From: Octopus vulgaris
Taxonomy: Eukaryota
Length of the DNA: 64,000 nucleotides
Reading direction: 5' to 3'
NCBI GenBank assembly: GCA_951406725.2
Contig: OX597817.1
Span: 149,482,001-149,546,000 of the forward strand
Shown here: one piece after another, positions 28,820 through 40,253 of the stretch
Numbering within the stretch: position 1 is the stretch's first letter
Layout of the letters: the number at the start of each line of letters is the position of its first letter
Translations under genes and position numbers: made by a program
Notes under the pieces: model-generated
Told to the model about the DNA's origin: nothing
Seen by the model: only the letters and a program-made list of their open reading frames with translations
Databases searched by the model: none

Positions 28820-29056
28820 TATATATGTGTGTATGTGCGTTTGTGTGTCTGCGTTTGTCCCCCTAGCATTGCTTGACAACCGATGCTGGTGTGTTTACGT
28901 CCCCGTCACTTAGCGGTTCGGCAAAACAGACCGATAGAATAAGTACTGGGCTTACAAAGAATAAGTCCCGGGGTCGATTTGCTCGACTAAAGGCGGTGCT
29001 CCAGCATGGCCGCAGTCAAATGACTGAAACATGTAAAAGAGTAAAAGAGTAAGAGT
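28820..29056 (+). mobile_element. 3' half of a family B SINE
   Basis: tttgtcccc..gcttgacaaccgatgctggtgtgtttacgtccccg..ggcggtgctccagcatggccgcagtcaaatgactgaaac; aagagta terminal repeats. Confidence 0.93.
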
Positions 29057-30721
29057 ATATAAAAACCTTTGAATTCATTCTTATATTTTCAACGGCTCTG
29101 GTTTTTCTTTCTGCTCTCTTGTTTTTATAGAAGTTGTCTTAGTTACCGATTTATAACGTTTTTTGCAAATGAGACCTATCGCTGTCTTTAGGTTGTCCAT
29201 TAAGACGTTTTAAACTTTGTATTGTGAAGGCATATAGCCATAATATTTTTTTTGTATATTGGCCTTCTTTAGAAGACTATTATATTATATGAGCTGCACT
29301 TTTAACATAAATTCTCTAAATCCTTATGTCATTGTCTTGCGCGTTGTGATTTTCAGACCAGTTTGGTTTCGGAATCCCTTTTTAGAATCAATATCCGTGC
29401 AGTGTGTAGGTGTATGTGTGTGTGTGCTTGTGTCTGTGTTTGTGTGTGTGTGTGCGCGTTTACAGTTACCTATACATATATATGTGTGCGTTTATGCATA
29501 CCGAGTTGGCAGAATCGTTAAACACGCCAGATAAAACGCTCAGCAGCATTTCGTCAGTTCATTTTTTTTTAAGTTCTGAGTTCAAGTTCCGCCAAAGTTG
29601 ACTTTCATCCTTTCAACCTTTCGGGCTCGATGAAATAAATACCAGCTGAGCAATGATTGGGGGGAACCAACGTATTCGACTGACCCCGTCCTCGAAACAT
29701 TTCAAGTCATATGGCCAAAATTATATACAAAGAATTCTTATTATTAATTTTTACCGTAAATAACCTAACACACCTTCACGATACTTCTCTTGGGCGACTT
29801 TAACTTCCCAAACGCCAAAAGGTCCAAAAACAAGACACTTCCATACACACACACACACACACACACACGCCCACACACTCACATACACATATACCCACAC
29901 GCACAAATACACACATATATTATATAAAAGCGTTATTATAAGTGATCTTTCTTTATAACGCTTGGTTGCATCTTGCATTACAGCTGAAATGATCCGTAAA
30001 GTGTTGTTCTGGATAATAGTAGAGAGGAGAGAGGGGTAAGTGATGTTTCGCCATTTTACAAATATTGTCTCAATAACTGAGTTACTCCGCTATTTGCTAA
30101 ATTGAACAAACAATGAAAAACCAATAACAAACCAACAGAGAGTAAATATAAGAGCACACACACACAAACAGAGACGCACACAAATACATACACACACACA
30201 AACACACACAAATACATACACACAAATACACACACACAAACATAGACGCACACAAACACAAACACACAAACACACACACACACACAAATACACTCACACA
30301 CACACAAATACAAACACACACACAAATACAAACACACACATAAATACACATACACACATAAATACACATACACACATAAATACACACACACAAATACACA
30401 CAAACATACATACACACACACAAACGCACACACACGCACAAATACACGCGCGCGCATTATGTACATAAATACTACACATGGTGAAGTATTATATACACAC
30501 ATAGCACACATAAATATATATGAATGTGTGTTTGTGTATGTGTGTGTGTATGTGTGTGTGTGTGCTTGCACGTTATGTATATAATTTATGAAAATGTACA
30601 CGTTCGACGAAACCTTTCAAGGCGGTGCTCCGGCATGGGCGCAGCCAAATGATTGAAAAAAGATAAAACATACGAACATATTACATTAGGTGTATGATTT
30701 ACAAATATTATGTATATAATA

Positions 30722-30998
30722 GTGGAGGCGCATGGTCTAGTGGTTAGAGCAGCGGACTCGCAGTCGAGGGATCGCGGGTTCGAATCTCAGACCGAGAGAT
30801 GCTTCACGCGGCTCCGGCAGAAGATATTGGCGAACTTCTGCTGACTTTTTCTCCAAAACTTTCTCTGTCTTTCCTCCTGCATCTTGCAGCTCACCTGCGG
30901 CGGACCGGCGTCCCGTCCAGGTGGGGAACCTATACACCAAGGAAACCGGGAAACGGGCCCTTATGAGCCAGGTATGGCTCAAGAAGGAACAAGTAACA
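30722..30998 (+). mobile_element. Family C tRNA-derived SINE with an internal deletion
   Basis: A box tggtctagtgg, B box ggttcgaatc; 12-bp TSD atgtatataata at 30710-30721 and 30999-31010; homologous to the 47416 copy. Confidence 0.92.
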
Positions 30999-31164
30999 AT
31001 GTATATAATATGATATTAATGTAATTTGTATGCACATACATATACACAAACACAGACATGTATAAGCGTGTGTGTATATTTGGATGCACGAAATATGTGT
31101 GTGTGTGTGTGTGTGAGTGTATTTATAGATATATATTATACATATATAGATGCGATATACATAT

Positions 31165-31500
31165 GCGTGCTTGTGGAGTAAGAAGCTTGCTTCCCAACCA
31201 AAACGTTCCAGGTTCTATCCCACTGCGTCGTAGCTTGGACAAGTGTCTTTTACTATAGTCTCGACCCGACCAAAACCTTTTGAGTGGATTTGGTAGACGA
31301 AAACTGGAAGAAGACCACTGTATAATGTATGTGTGTGTGTGTGTGTTTGTCCTCCCCACGCCATCACTTGACAACTGATGCTGGTGTGTTTATGTCCCCG
31401 TAAGTTGTCGGTAGAATAAGTACTAGGCACACAAAGAATAAGTCTTGGGGTCGATTTCTTCGACCAACACCCTTAATCAAATGACTGAAACATGTAAACG
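31165..31500 (+). mobile_element. Family B SINE
   Basis: Head, CORE-like block, (TG)n and tail, all diverged. Confidence 0.88.
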
Positions 31501-31570
31501 GAGAATATATATATATAGAGAGAGAGGGGGAGAGAGAGAATTGTGTGCGTGTATATATATACATATATAT

Positions 31571-31796
31571 TCTTTTATTCTTTTACTTGTTTCTGTCATT
31601 TGACTGCAGCTATGGTGGAGCACCGCCTTTACTCGAGCAAATCGACTCTTGACTTATTCTTTGTAAGCCTAGTACTTATTCTATCGGTTTCTTTTGTCGG
31701 ACGGCTAGATTACGGGGACAGAAACACACCAGCATCGGAGGTCAAGCGATGTTGGGGGGATCAAACACACACACACACAAACATATACACGCACAT

Positions 31797-31831
<35 letters not shown>

Positions 31832-32036
31832 CATACATACATACATACATACATATATGTATATGTATATACACAATGGGGTTCTTTCAGTTTCCGTCTA
31901 CCAAATCTCTTTACAAGGCCTTGGTCGACCCGAAGCTATAGTAAAAGACACTTTCCCAAGGTGCCACGCAGTGGGACTGAACCCGGAACCATGTGGTTGG
32001 TAAGCAAGCTAGTTACCACACAGCAACTCCTGCGCT
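31571..32036 (-). mobile_element. Full-length family B SINE
   Basis: Reverse complement of the consensus, ending ctcctgcgc. Confidence 0.92.
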
Positions 32037-32115
32037 TATATGTATTTATATGTATCTGTGTATTATGTATATGTGCATATATATGTATGTTCGTGTATGT
32101 GTGTATATATATATA

Positions 32116-32157
<42 letters not shown>

Positions 32158-32246
32158 TACATTTGTTTATATTTATGTTTTTAATAATACGCTTATAGTA
32201 TATACATACATACATACATACATACATACATACATACATACATACA

Positions 32247-32280
<34 letters not shown>

Positions 32281-32692
32281 CTCACACATACAGTGTCGCT
32301 CATAGGCAAATAAGTATGTTTTCATTCATCTAGAAACCAAATCACACAGAATTCGCGCTCGACCATCAACTGATATCAAACAATAAACATACTTCCCGAT
32401 ACACAAAACAGAAGAACTGTCGCGACTGCAACACCTTTCATCATAGATTAAAGCATTGAAAAAGCATATTGGAAATACAACCCCGCTCGCTCGAGTAATT
32501 TACCCATCGCATAAAATAGAAAGTGGAGTTAATGACAAAAGGCTCTTGTGCTATCGCTCGATTTGAAAAAAATAGTAGTCATATTTCCCTTAAATCATTT
32601 AATATGTTCGTCAAGTTGAAAAGGACGCACTGAAAATGTAGCGATAATTCTACATATTAAAAAATATTCAGATTGCATGTGTGTGTGTTTGT

Positions 32693-32732
<40 letters not shown>

Positions 32733-33055
32733 CAGTTAATGTACATTGTATTAACGTAGGAGCTAATAGTTTCTTGATATTAAAACATGTTAAGCAAGGT
32801 TTTATAATATGCCATGTGTCTTCAAACAATCCTCGGGCTCTGAGCACATGGTTTGTTCTGTTTGAAACGACAAGAAAAAATTGTGTAAGTCGATGTAAGA
32901 AGTGGAATGAGAAGATAAAAGGTGAATAAAAACGGAAAAAGAAAGGAGAAAAGGAAAATGAAAGTTACCTCCCTTTTGACCGTAAAAGTGATAATTAAAT
33001 TAGTTGTTACCGAATAATTCAACAGAGAGGGGTCCAAATACTGTCAGACAACTGA

Positions 33056-33322
33056 TCAATCCGGAGACGTTGGTGTCCCCTTGTTCGCAAAGAGAAATTT
33101 ATTCATATGCTTACATTTCCTGAAATCTTCCAATCTGGAATGAAGTAGTGTAGTAGATTTCTTGGGTCTAAAAAGAACGTACGATCTTTCAGCTACACAC
33201 AAGTTGCATTTCTTAGGTCCATTTATATATGGCATGGATTTCTCCACAATTCTCCACTTGATTGTGTGGTGTGCAGGTGGTCTTCGAGCCCCATAGGTGG
33301 CTAGTCAACTTAGTGTCTTTTG
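33056..33322 (-). pseudogene. Penelope-like retroelement C-terminal (GIY-YIG endonuclease region) remnant
   Basis: TKLTSHLW..(frameshift)..IKWRIVEKSMPYINGPKKCNLCVAERSYVL..LLHSRLEDFRKCKHMNKFLF fits the Penelope C-terminal pattern T.LS.H.W..I.W.I..PY..C.LC..E..LN.R.E..C.H.NKF. Confidence 0.85.
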
Positions 33323-33390
<68 letters not shown>

Positions 33391-33394
<4 letters not shown>

Positions 33395-33718
33395 GTAAAG
33401 ACCCCCTTCGGTCATGAATGACCATGGGATTGTACCTAGAAAGTTACCCTCCTAGACACAAGTCCGGGCAAGGTTGTTTATGGAAGACCAGCAGTCGCCC
33501 ATGCATACCAGCCTCCCCTCTCCACGCCACCAGTGTTATCCAAGGGAAAGACAAAGGTCGATACAGCTTGGCACCAGTGACGTCGCAACTCATTTCCACA
33601 GCTGAGTGAACTGGAGCAACGTGAAATAAAGTGCTTTGCTCAAGAACACAACACGCAGCCCGGTCCGGGATTCGAGCTCACAACCTCACGATCGTAAGCT
33701 CGACGCTCTAACCACTGA

Positions 33719-33722
<4 letters not shown>
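33391..33722 (-). mobile_element. Family D tRNA/CORE-type SINE
   Basis: Minus strand starts tggctcagtggttagagcgtcgagcttacgatcg..tcgaatcccgg, then ttgtgttcttgagcaa; flanked by (TA)n. Confidence 0.92.
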
Positions 33723-33796
<74 letters not shown>

Positions 33797-33799
<3 letters not shown>

Positions 33800-34152
33800 T
33801 TTTGTTTCAGTTATTTGCCTGCGGCCATGTTGGAGTACCGGCTTTAGTCAAACAAACTAACCCCAGGACTTATTCTTTGTAAGCCTAGTGCTTATCTTAT
33901 CGGTCACTTTTGTCGAACCGCTAAGTTACGGGAACGTAAACACACCAGCATCGGTTGTCAAGTGATGGTGGAGATACAAACACAGACAGAAATATATACG
34001 CATATGTTTCCGTCTACCAAATCCACTCACAAGGTTTTGGTCGGCCCGCGGCTATAGTGGGAGACACTTGCTCAAGGTGCCATGCATTGGGACTGAAACC
34101 AGAACCACGTGGCTGGTAAGCAAGCTACTTTCCACACAGCCATTCCTGCGCC
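33797..34152 (-). mobile_element. Family B SINE
   Basis: Reverse complement of the consensus with an internal deletion. Confidence 0.9.
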
Positions 34153-34167
34153 TATATATATACGTAT

Positions 34168-34207
<40 letters not shown>

Positions 34208-34223
34208 TTTTTTTTTTTTTTAT

Positions 34224-34529
34224 GACCCCCTTCGGTCATGAATGACCATGGGATTGCACCTAGAAAGTTACCCTCCTAGACACAAGTCTTGGCAAGGTTG
34301 TTTATGGAAGACCAGCAGTCGCCCATGCATACCGGCCTCCCCTCTCCACGACACCAGTGTTATCCAAGGGAAAGACAAAGGTCGATACAGCTTGGCACCT
34401 GTGACGTCGCAACTCATTTCTACAGCTGAGTGAACTGGAGCAACGTGAAATAAAGTGCCTTGCTCAAGAACACAACACGCAGCCCGGTCCGGGATTCGAG
34501 CTCACAACCTCACGATCGTAAGCTCGACG

Positions 34530-34533
<4 letters not shown>
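34224..34533 (-). mobile_element. Second family D SINE, near-identical to 33391-33722
   Basis: Direct alignment shows only a handful of substitutions. Confidence 0.92.
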
Positions 34534-34600
<67 letters not shown>

Positions 34601-34604
34601 AAGG

Positions 34605-34655
34605 AGCTTCTACAGGATTAGTACTGTTTCATTCAAATGAAATCATCAGGAAGCT
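34605..34655 (-). ncRNA. Type I hammerhead ribozyme (minus-strand copy)
   Basis: agcttc-CTGATGA-tttcatttgaat-GAAA-cag-tactaatc-ctg-TA-gaagct; fully Watson-Crick stem III (acag/ctgt). Confidence 0.8.
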
Positions 34656-34702
34656 TCCTGATGATTTCATTTGAATGAAATAGTACTAGTCCTGTAGAAG
34701 CT
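34652..34702 (+). ncRNA. Type I hammerhead ribozyme (plus-strand copy)
   Basis: Stem I agcttc/gaagct; CTGATGA 34658-34664; stem II ttc/gaa; GAAA 34677-34680; stem III atag/ctgt; GUA cleavage triplet ending at 34696. Confidence 0.78.
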
Positions 34703-34778
34703 CCTTCTATAAAATAAATTAATTTACTCTGCTATGTATTGAGTACCTTATTGACTGTGGTCAACCCCGACTCAACCC

Positions 34779-34823
<45 letters not shown>

Positions 34824-34824
<1 letters not shown>

Positions 34825-34987
34825 AAGTGAGAATTTACAAAAAAGAAAAAAGACAAACAGATGTATTAGTTTAATGCTCGGGAAGGGACAAAGTCTTTTT
34901 ACGTCTCGAGCCTACGCTCTTCAACAGAAAGGAACGCAGAAATAGACAGAGGGAAAATAATAAAAGAAAAGGTCTAGTGGCTAGCGA
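34824..34987 (-). mobile_element. Penelope-like pseudo-LTR fragment with a variant minimal hammerhead (34895-34932)
   Basis: cttt-CTGTTGAA-gagc-gtag-gctc-GAGAC-GTA-aaaa, then ATTAAA; homologous to 48867-49048; TA-flanked. Confidence 0.7.
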
Positions 34988-34998
34988 TATATATATAT

Positions 34999-35150
34999 AT
35001 ATATAATTGTTAAAGAGAATAACAAATATTAAGTCAAAGCAAACATCTCAAGTCGTATACAATAATATTATTGGAAAATAATGATATAATATACGACTTG
35101 AGATATTTGCCTTGCCTTAATGTTTGTTGTCCTCTTTAGCAATTATATAT
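34999..35150. repeat. Imperfect fold-back (hairpin) element
   Basis: About 60-bp gapless arms with 7 mismatches; loop contains the palindrome caataatattattg. Confidence 0.9.
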
Positions 35151-35284
35151 CCGCTGCATCGGAAATCTGCAGTGGCTCCATAATTACCGTCTCGGCTATA
35201 AACTTGGAGCCCCAGTAATCCGTTACACCACTTATCTAGCGTGCCTAATCGTTTAGATCACCGGTGAACTAAACCCCCATACTT

Positions 35285-35343
<59 letters not shown>

Positions 35344-35369
35344 GCAGGTAGAACTGTGTTATTGATGAT

Positions 35370-35790
35370 GGTAGCGAAACATGGGCTACAACAAAGAGAG
35401 AAGAGCAGAGATTAGTAACAACTCAAAGAGCCATGGAGAAGGTCAATGCTTGGAATCTCGTTGAGAGAGCACATAAGTAGCGAGGTCATCAGAGAGAAGT
35501 CCGGCGTGGGGGATGTCATCGTAGAGTATACACGCAGCAAGTTTAGATGGACTGGACACGTCGCCCGGCTCACCGATAATCGGCGGACCCGTGCAGTTGT
35601 CGAGTGGTACCCGCGCGAGCGGAAACGACCACTCGGAAGGCCTCCACGACGGTGGAGTACGATTTTAGGAGGGCGATCGGGACCACGTGGCTAAGGAAGG
35701 CGCGATCCAGAGAGGAGCGGACAGCGTGCTATGACCAGCGGTGTCAAATGGACGCCCGACGGACTGGTCGGTCAAGGTGATCAAGGTGAT
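35370..35790 (+). mobile_element. 3' end of an RTE-clade LINE (ORF C-terminal remnant)
   Basis: GSETWATTKREEQRLVTTQRAME/RSMLGISLREHISSEVIREKSGV..FRWTGHVARLTDNR..WYPRERKRPLGRPPRRW; tandem tail tcaaggtga x2. Confidence 0.93.
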
Positions 35791-35803
35791 ATATATATAT
35801 ATC

Positions 35804-35834
<31 letters not shown>

Positions 35835-36123
35835 CATACATACATACATACATACATACATACACACCATTTATCACAATCTCACTAAGTAACTCATACA
35901 TACTTTTAGAAAAGTTACTGTAATTGACCTATCATAAATGGCCACCAAATTCCGCGTAGATCAAACCACGCTATCTTACATTCCATAAGAAAACCGTAGT
36001 CTATTATTTCGGAGATCTGTTCCCCTAACAAGTGATTTGACCGTCTGTTGAAACGATAAGAATTACTGCGTAGAAAACACATATTAACCATTCACAAACG
36101 CACAAAAACTATTTCCTTTCCTT

Positions 36124-36158
<35 letters not shown>

Positions 36159-36307
36159 GATGAAATGATATATATATATTTGACAAACATTCAGAAAGCC
36201 CAGTAAACCGTGTTTCTGCTCGTCTGTGATATATGTCTGTGCGTGTGCGCGCTCGAGCGTGTGTGTATATTGATAGATTCCTACACATGTGTTCGTATGT
36301 GTTCGCG

Positions 36308-36377
<70 letters not shown>

Positions 36378-36425
36378 TACAGATAGATAATATTGTATAT
36401 CAAATAATATTCTGTGTGCGCGCGC

Positions 36426-36463
<38 letters not shown>

Positions 36464-36720
36464 TGGTCCTCTTCAGTTGTTCATCTAGATGCTAGGAAAA
36501 TGTCGGTGATATTATTGAGACATGTTGAAGTGTGTTTGCCAAATTCCCAAACTAGAATTAAATGAATCGGAGTGACAGACATATTTTTGCTTCGCTGATT
36601 TCTAGATTTATGTTTCTCCTCCACATAAACACAGACACACACAGATACCCTATAAACACCATTACCGCTATTACCGACATTAATGTCATTGCAAATACTG
36701 CTAATAATAATATCAATAAA

Positions 36721-36769
<49 letters not shown>

Positions 36770-36798
36770 GTAATAATAATAATAATAATAATAATATC

Positions 36799-36850
<52 letters not shown>

Positions 36851-37079
36851 GGAAGAAGAAGAAGAATGATAATAATCCTTCCTACTATAGGTGTGTGTGG
36901 GGTGGGGGCTTGAATGTGGAGAAAAGGCAATCGATTACATTGACCTCAGTGCTCAAGTGAAACGATGGAAGACAACGTGGACCTCGGCAGAATTTGAACT
37001 CAAAACGTTAAGACAAACGAAATGCCGATAAGCACTTTGTGCAGCGTAGTAACGAATCTGTCAGCTCGTTGCCTGATGC

Positions 37080-37140
<61 letters not shown>

Positions 37141-37302
37141 CTGTTGCTGCTCATGTATTTTAATTTAACTTAAAAAAAAAAAAATGAACGAACTATTGAG
37201 TTTGGTTTAATGGCCTACCAATGTATACTATGAGTTTCTTTGCCCTAGGAGTCGGGAAGACACTCGGCAAGAAATGGAAGCAAATTTGAAAGAAGAAAAA
37301 AA

Positions 37303-37366
<64 letters not shown>

Positions 37367-37383
37367 TAATAATACTAATAATA

Positions 37384-37436
<53 letters not shown>

Positions 37437-37977
37437 TTCATTTATTTGCTACAAGGGTGAAAGATGAAGGGATCAATATAAAGACAGATATAAAGCGTGG
37501 GGGGTTACACAAAATAATGAAATGATAGAAAAAAAAGTATACACAGTAAACACTGGAAAAGAAGAGATATATGCATAGCATACAATGGTAAAAAAAAGGG
37601 GTGATGATAGAGATGTGGCCCTCCTGATACAAGAACGCCTCTAGGGATAATCGAAGAACCCTGCTGTGCGAGATTTTCCTGAACACCATGAGCAAATGCC
37701 CTCTCCAATTCCTTCTCTCCGACTCACAGGTCTACACTTAGAGAGTTACCATCCACTCTTGCCATTTTAGCAACTTTCACCCACCTTTCAATAAACCCAC
37801 CTGAAGTCAACACTTTCCTCTCCACTCTCAATTTCCTTTTCAAATGAAACTTGAAGAAATCAGTGAGAGCTCTACCAAAGAGGAATGTTTCTGTTTTTCA
37901 TGCCTTTCAGCCTTGTCCACCAAACAACCTCTTTCGCCACAGCCGCCAGACAAAGGAAAACTGCCTTGCCTGCCCGA
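37437..37977 (-). mobile_element. 3' end of an L1/Tx1-type LINE inserted in (TAA)n
   Basis: AVFLCLAAVAKEVVWWTRLKGMK/TETFLFGRALTDFFKFHLKRKLRVER..FIERWVKV..stop at 37724-37726 (one frameshift); about 290-bp 3' UTR running into the (TAA)n tract at 37304-37436. Confidence 0.8.
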
Positions 37978-38780
37978 TTAATAATAAAAATAGTAATATC
38001 ATTAACAGCTATCACCTTTTTTTTTTGTTTCTTTTTGTCTGCTTTCTAGCTTTCTTTAAGGTGACAGTAATATTTAGATGATAACGAAAAACAAAAATAA
38101 AGGTTAACATACTGAAGGGTGGCGGGAAATTAGTCGGGGAAACAGGTTTTAATGGAGTGAATATATGTAAGAGATGTTAGGTACTGCATGTTTCAAATAC
38201 AAGGCCCCCAAGAAATTATGGAAAGTGAAGGGTGTGCACTTACGGAATAGGAGTCCAAAGAATAGGAAAGTTTCTTGGTGTGCTGTGATGTAAAGATTTC
38301 TGAGTTTAAGAAATAAGACGAATGTGAGAAACCAAAAGATGAAAGATTAGAAGCTTGTAGAGTATTTTAAGAAAAAAACTTTGATAATTCTAACAGTTAG
38401 GATTAAGAGAGTAAAGTAGATTTTGGTCGAAAGTAGGAAAGGTAATAGTAGATTAAAAAGTGGGGGATGAGATTAATAACAGGGAGATTAATGACTGGAG
38501 ATAAGATAAGATTAAAAGATAAATCGAGATTAATGAACATAGAGATTAAAGGATTAAAGAATGATAATATGAATCCGAGGAGATTAATTAAAGATCTTAT
38601 GGTTATGAGGAATAAGGAATGGTATAGAATAAAAGATTGAAAGTAGAAGGTTAAAGGAGGAAGTAGCTAAGCGCTATAGGAGAGTTATTAGATGCTGTAA
38701 TATAGTTGGTGGACGCCATTTTATAAGTGTTAGACGTCATGGAAATTGAAGGGGGCCCGAAACTAAACTGCTTTGATTCT

Positions 38781-39150
38781 TATTTACTTACTTACTTGTA
38801 CTTGTGATGACATTCATCCTGGGCGGGTTGAGTCGGCTTCTTCTACTCATGGAAGAAGTTTCGTGGGAATATGTGGATTTCACAAGCGGTCCCCAACAAT
38901 CCCGCATGTGGAGACATCCTGTTTGCCGCAGATTGTCCGCAGACGCAGGGACAGAACGACCGAGGAGCCGCCGGTTGCCGAATCAGACACTCCGAGGATT
39001 TTCACCAGAGCCCCGTCAGCCGGGTTGTGGCCCTAATACCACTCGGTGTCAGCCAATCAGCCTTGGGTGGCCCTACCAGGAACCGAAGTTCCCGACGGCA
39101 TAGCTCTGACACTACCCGTTGCCAGCGTCCCCATCACGGTGAGGAGGGTA
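38781..39150 (-). mobile_element. Probable non-LTR retroelement 3' end (unassigned)
   Basis: GC-rich island whose minus strand ends in acaagtacaagtaagtaagtaa, an RTE-like short-repeat tail; no diagnostic protein motif. Confidence 0.45.
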
Positions 39151-39687
39151 TTTTTATATACTACTAAGTTTAGACCTTAATAATTTGCTCACTGTAAAGT
39201 AATTTAAATAGATAAACGTCTAATCATTATAACACGAACTGTGTCCTTTTCAGCTTCAAAGAAACATTAAAAATGAATGAACTCGTTTCTAGTTTCAAAT
39301 AAACGTTTTTGATAACTACAAGAACTAACCAATGGCCTCTCATCGGTCAAGCCATTACACTTCTTTCTATTGTCATTATCGCTGTCATTATCATTACCAT
39401 TGTCATCATTCATTCGAATGTTATTTCTCCCTACCTTCCAATCGTCTCAGTTTTTCACTTTGATCTTTATGTACAATGATATAAATGTTGTTTAGCTCGA
39501 GGCTAGCTTTGAATTAACAGGCTTATGATCAAAGGTATTCTCGCGACAACCATCCCATCATATTTTGCAGGCGTTTCATATATCTCAGACTGTATTATCC
39601 ACTACCGTGTCCTTCAGGTTTTAAGACAATAGACTCCTTACAGATCGAACGAGCAGGTTAAGGCTTCCCCATTGGCTTTTTGTGGTG

Positions 39688-39827
39688 GACCAGGTTTCAG
39701 TTAGTGCGTCGACCAGGTTTCAGTTAGTGCGTCGACCAGGTTTCAGTTAGTGCGTAGACCAGGTTTCAGTTAGTGCGTCGACCAAGTTTCAGTTAGTGCG
39801 TCGACCAGGTTTCAGTTAGTGCGTCGA
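39688..39827. repeat. 23-bp minisatellite, 6 copies (gaccaggtttcagttagtgcgtc)
   Basis: Six head-to-tail units with only two substitutions in total. Confidence 0.97.
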
Positions 39828-40253
39828 AAATGTTGACACCGATTTATAAAAGTTTAAAAGAAGTTAACAGTTTTTGTGTGTGTTTTTAAGGAAAAGCTGT
39901 TTTCTGAAATGAGTCCCTAATAAAAATGGTACTTATCTCCAGTATTATGGATCATTTGGTAGATGAAAAGTACAACACCCAATGACTAAGATGCTTTAGT
40001 AACGGAGCTAAAGTACGCAGAGTGAATTCACTTGGCACAGTTTGATCTTGAACTCTGTCATGTATGCACACAGTTATAACATTCTCACTGACCTCCGTTG
40101 TTTATAGCAGTGCTTGGAAGTAAAATGTGTAGAGCGTGGTCATCTCACCGAAGCACAGAGGTTCCGTCAATGGCCATGGTAGAGAAAATGTATGTGTGCG
40201 CGCACATGCGTAGAAAGTGACACGGCTTGAAGGTTATTACGGCCAAGAATGTT

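Larger units (their letters stand above)
34595..34780 (+). mobile_element. Penelope-like pseudo-LTR fragment with an inverted 5' duplication
   Basis: 118-bp palindrome 34595-34712 (2 mismatches) followed by AATAAA at 34713 and a short unique tail; (TA)n on both sides. Confidence 0.75.

Noticed and set aside
30722-30795. tRNA genes here and at 47416, 56289 and 33650-33722
   Set aside because: A/B boxes are present but acceptor stems do not close and each continues into a SINE body, several with TSDs
39688-39827. CRISPR array
   Set aside because: Units are contiguous with no spacers, there are no cas genes, and the context is eukaryotic
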